Virus record (IMG/VR): IMGVR_UViG_3300045988_158900
DNA: 37,614 bases
DNA from: a virus
Direction: 5' to 3' (one strand)
Position 1 is the first letter of the stretch. Each line of letters starts with the position of its first letter. Under the pieces are notes generated by a model. It worked only from the letters and a program-made list of their open reading frames with translations, had not been told where the DNA came from and made no database searches. Shown one piece after another: positions 35,792 through 37,614 of this stretch. A program made the translations under genes and the position numbers.

Positions 35792-36019
35792 AAAGTTATT
35801 ATCATTATCAATTTCTAACATTTTGTTATTAAGAGGAAACATTATAAGGTTCCATTATTCGTTGTTTACAATTATATTCATCAAACCCCGCTAATAGGTT
35901 TATTTAATTATGATTTAGTTTTTGTAAAGGTAAAACAATAATCAAACCTCAGATTCAAAAAAACGTTATAAGTCAAAATGCATTAAAAAAATGGAGTGGT
36001 TTATCGCCACTCCATTTTT

Positions 36020-36385
36020 TTATTCCTTATACATTAAATCACTTAAAATATCATTATACGCTGATTCCAGGAGAGAATCAACCAGAGTTGAATCAACCTT
36101 CACTTCACTCTCCACTTTCACTCCAACAGGCGGAGCATAATACTCCTCATCACGAGTAAGTTTAACCCAAGGCGTTGCCTTTCTATGACTCAGACTACCA
36201 TCTTCATAAATAGTCGCAATCCAATAGCCATCAACAATAAGGGCGTTGTTATAATCATATAGAATATATACATTATCACCCAGGTCATCATACTTAGAGC
36301 GCACAATCACATCTCTACCTTTATAATTTCCAACTCTTTTACTATATTTATTTTTCAGTTCATCATAAGTAAATTCATTTTTCAT
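36020..36385 (-). CDS. Hypothetical protein, 121 aa
   Basis: Track ORF with TAA stop. A bidirectional terminator GGAGTGGTTTATCGCCACTCC flanked by A- and T-runs lies at 35985-36025. Confidence 0.5.
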   Translation of the reverse strand: MKNEFTYDELKNKYSKRVGNYKGRDVIVRSKYDDLGDNVYILYDYNNALIVDGYWIATIYEDGSLSHRKATPWVKLTRDEEYYAPPVGVKVESEVKVDSTLVDSLLESAYNDILSDLMYKE

Positions 36386-36448
36386 TTTTTCATTTCACTT
36401 TCTAAAACGTTCCTTAATGTTTTGAGATAGTGCCCCAATTTTTAGATG

Positions 36449-36630
36449 AATATCCGGTCTCAAGCGCCGACGGGCTTAGGGAGGTTTTTGTGGCATAATT
36501 AATAGAATTACTAATATTTACACTATTATCATTCTAATAATATCCGGTCTCAAGCGCCGACGGGCTTAGGGAGGTTTTTGTGGCATAATTAATAGAATTA
36601 CTAATATTTACATAATTATCATTCTAATAA
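36449..36630. repeat. Tandem duplication, about 90 bp x 2 (2 mismatches), covering the 3-prime end of the adjacent gene
   Basis: TATCCGGTCTCAAGCGCCGACGGGCTTAGGGAGGTTTTTGTGGCATAATTAATAGAATTACTAATATTTACA(C/T)(T/A)ATTATCATTCTAATAA occurs twice head-to-tail. Confidence 0.8.
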
Positions 36631-36932
36631 TACCCAGAAGAATAAGGGTCTAATGAACGAAAATTTACATTTAACTTTTGATTGTCCTTTCCGCCATAAA
36701 TAACACCCTCGGGAGGTGCAGAGGGGCGGAGCTCCTCTGCGAAACAAATCTTTACAGGCTTATAGTTGCTAGGTAATACAAAATAGATTGTATCATCTTT
36801 TAAATATGTTTCTACTTTAATTGCCTTTTCAGGCACTTCTTCTTTACAGCATCTTTTAAAATGCGCTACATTCTTATTATTTACTTCCACAGGAATATTA
36901 TATTCCCCATTTAATCCACTATGATAACCCAT
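36567..36932 (-). CDS. Hypothetical protein, 121 aa, with 1 in-frame TAG (at 36624)
   Basis: Track ORF 36624..36932 continues 19 codons through a TAG to TAA at 36567. The extension lies inside the tandem duplication. Confidence 0.4.
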
Positions 36933-37289
36933 TTTTTATTTCTCCTTTTACCTATTTATAATTTTTCTAATTAAATTCAAATAAAAAGTAAGTATGCGCT
37001 TATTTCTTATTTTTATATATTAAACCCATATATTTCATTTATATTATCATTTAAAAATGGATTCTCTACGTCCTTATTTACCCTTCCTGCTTCCTCAATA
37101 CAAAAATATAAATCATTATTATTAGTTAAATATATATTATCTATTTTCTAAAAATTTAATGCTTTACTTACTAAATTCTCATAAGAACCTTTATAAAATT
37201 TTATCATACCCATATACATCCTTTTTATATATTATATTTATACATTAATAGGAACTTTTTATTCCAAATTTTCCATTACTGCCACTTTT

Positions 37290-37614
37290 CAAGTGCCACA
37301 ACGTGCGGTTGTATTTATACAACCACACCATTATTTATATTTATATTTATATTTATATTTATATTGCGGTTGTAATGGTTGTAATGGTTGTATTTAAATG
37401 TTTTTGGTTGTAAATTTTAATTCAAAATGGTTGTAATGGTTGTATTTGGATAAAAATGGTTGTTAAGTTGGTTGTAAAAATCATAGATTTTTATTTAGTT
37501 TTAACAACCATTTTACAACCATTTTACAACCATTTTACAACCAAATTGTGTGAAACAACCATTTTTGGTTGTAAAACAACCATTTTAGTTGTATTTATAT
37601 AATTTTGGTTGTAT
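37290..37614. repeat. Iteron field: at least 12 direct and 7 inverted copies of heptamer GGTTGTA (TACAACC), with a palindrome GGTTGTATTTATACAACC and (ATTTAT)x5 at 37332-37365. Extends to the window end.
   Basis: Visible repeats GGTTGTAATGGTTGTAATGGTTGTATT..., then TTACAACCATTTTACAACCATTTTACAACCATTTTACAACC (11-bp unit x4) and AACAACCATTTTTGGTTGTAAAACAACCATTTTAGTTGTA. Confidence 0.75.

Noticed and set aside
19050-35800. GC-rich island as an integrated mobile element, satellite or transposon
   Set aside because: No integrase, recombinase, transposase, or primase-like gene. Boundary repeats differ from each other (22-bp pair on the left, 19-bp x6 on the right), so no att-like identical flanks. 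Left as an open question rather than annotated as a mobile element.
19050-35800. Island as an engineered or synthetic construct (perfect sigma-70 hexamers, several CATATG sites near 34933-35010)
   Set aside because: Terminators, leaders and promoter spacers are all different and show natural-looking divergence: covarying hairpins and paralogs at 50-85% identity. No vector backbone, marker or standard part sequences were recognised. Treated as natural.

Overview
This window is a segment of a tailed-phage (siphovirus-like) genome or prophage in three blocks.

Block 1 (1-17062, minus strand, about 31% GC) is a single late morphogenesis operon. Reading from high to low coordinates it carries two large zinc-ribbon/acidic proteins, terminase large subunit, a small PD-(D/E)xK endonuclease, portal, a protease/scaffold-like fusion, capsid proteins, about six head-tail joining genes, a major-tail-protein candidate, two tail genes, and the start of a probable tape-measure gene. 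Almost every gene in this operon is broken by in-frame TAG codons (for example about 10 in terminase and about 12 in one tail gene), while genuine stops are TAA or TGA. The operon is therefore only translatable if TAG is read as an amino acid, probably Gln, as in known code-15-like recoded phages. The six-frame track therefore shows these genes only as fragments.

Block 2 (17063-19050, AT-rich) holds divergent sigma-70/sigma-A consensus promoters and seven small plus-strand genes in the standard code. These include membrane peptides and an AbrB/MazE-fold regulator whose N-terminus contains one in-frame TAG.

Block 3 (19050-35800) is a roughly 50% GC island with a different architecture. It starts with an 840-bp non-coding hub carrying nine ATTGTTAAA-N2-TTTAACAAT palindromic operators plus T-depleted and C-depleted G-rich tracts. 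Then come at least 34 small plus-strand standard-code genes, each with its own near-consensus TTGACA-N17-TATAAT promoter, strong SD, and GC-hairpin/T-run terminator. Recognisable products are an NT5C-like 5-prime deoxyribonucleotidase, a DEDDh 3-prime-5-prime exonuclease, an HD phosphohydrolase, a GIY-YIG domain protein, three tandem paralogs of a 76-aa protein, and a duplicated two-gene cassette. Nine copies of an approximately 100-bp palindromic element (two face-to-face consensus promoters flanking a covarying GC hairpin with a conserved loop) punctuate the island. Tandem promoter-driven small structured RNAs with a conserved AAUGUCAAGAGGG 5-prime leader and tiny leader ORFs precede the duplicated cassettes.

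The right flank (35800-37614, AT-rich) has a 19-bp x6 tandem repeat, two minus-strand genes (one again with an in-frame TAG), a 90-bp tandem duplication and a dense GGTTGTA/TACAACC iteron field at the window end.

No tRNA, rRNA, CRISPR array, integrase or transposase was found. Coordinates reconstructed by hand for recoded genes may be off by a few nucleotides.
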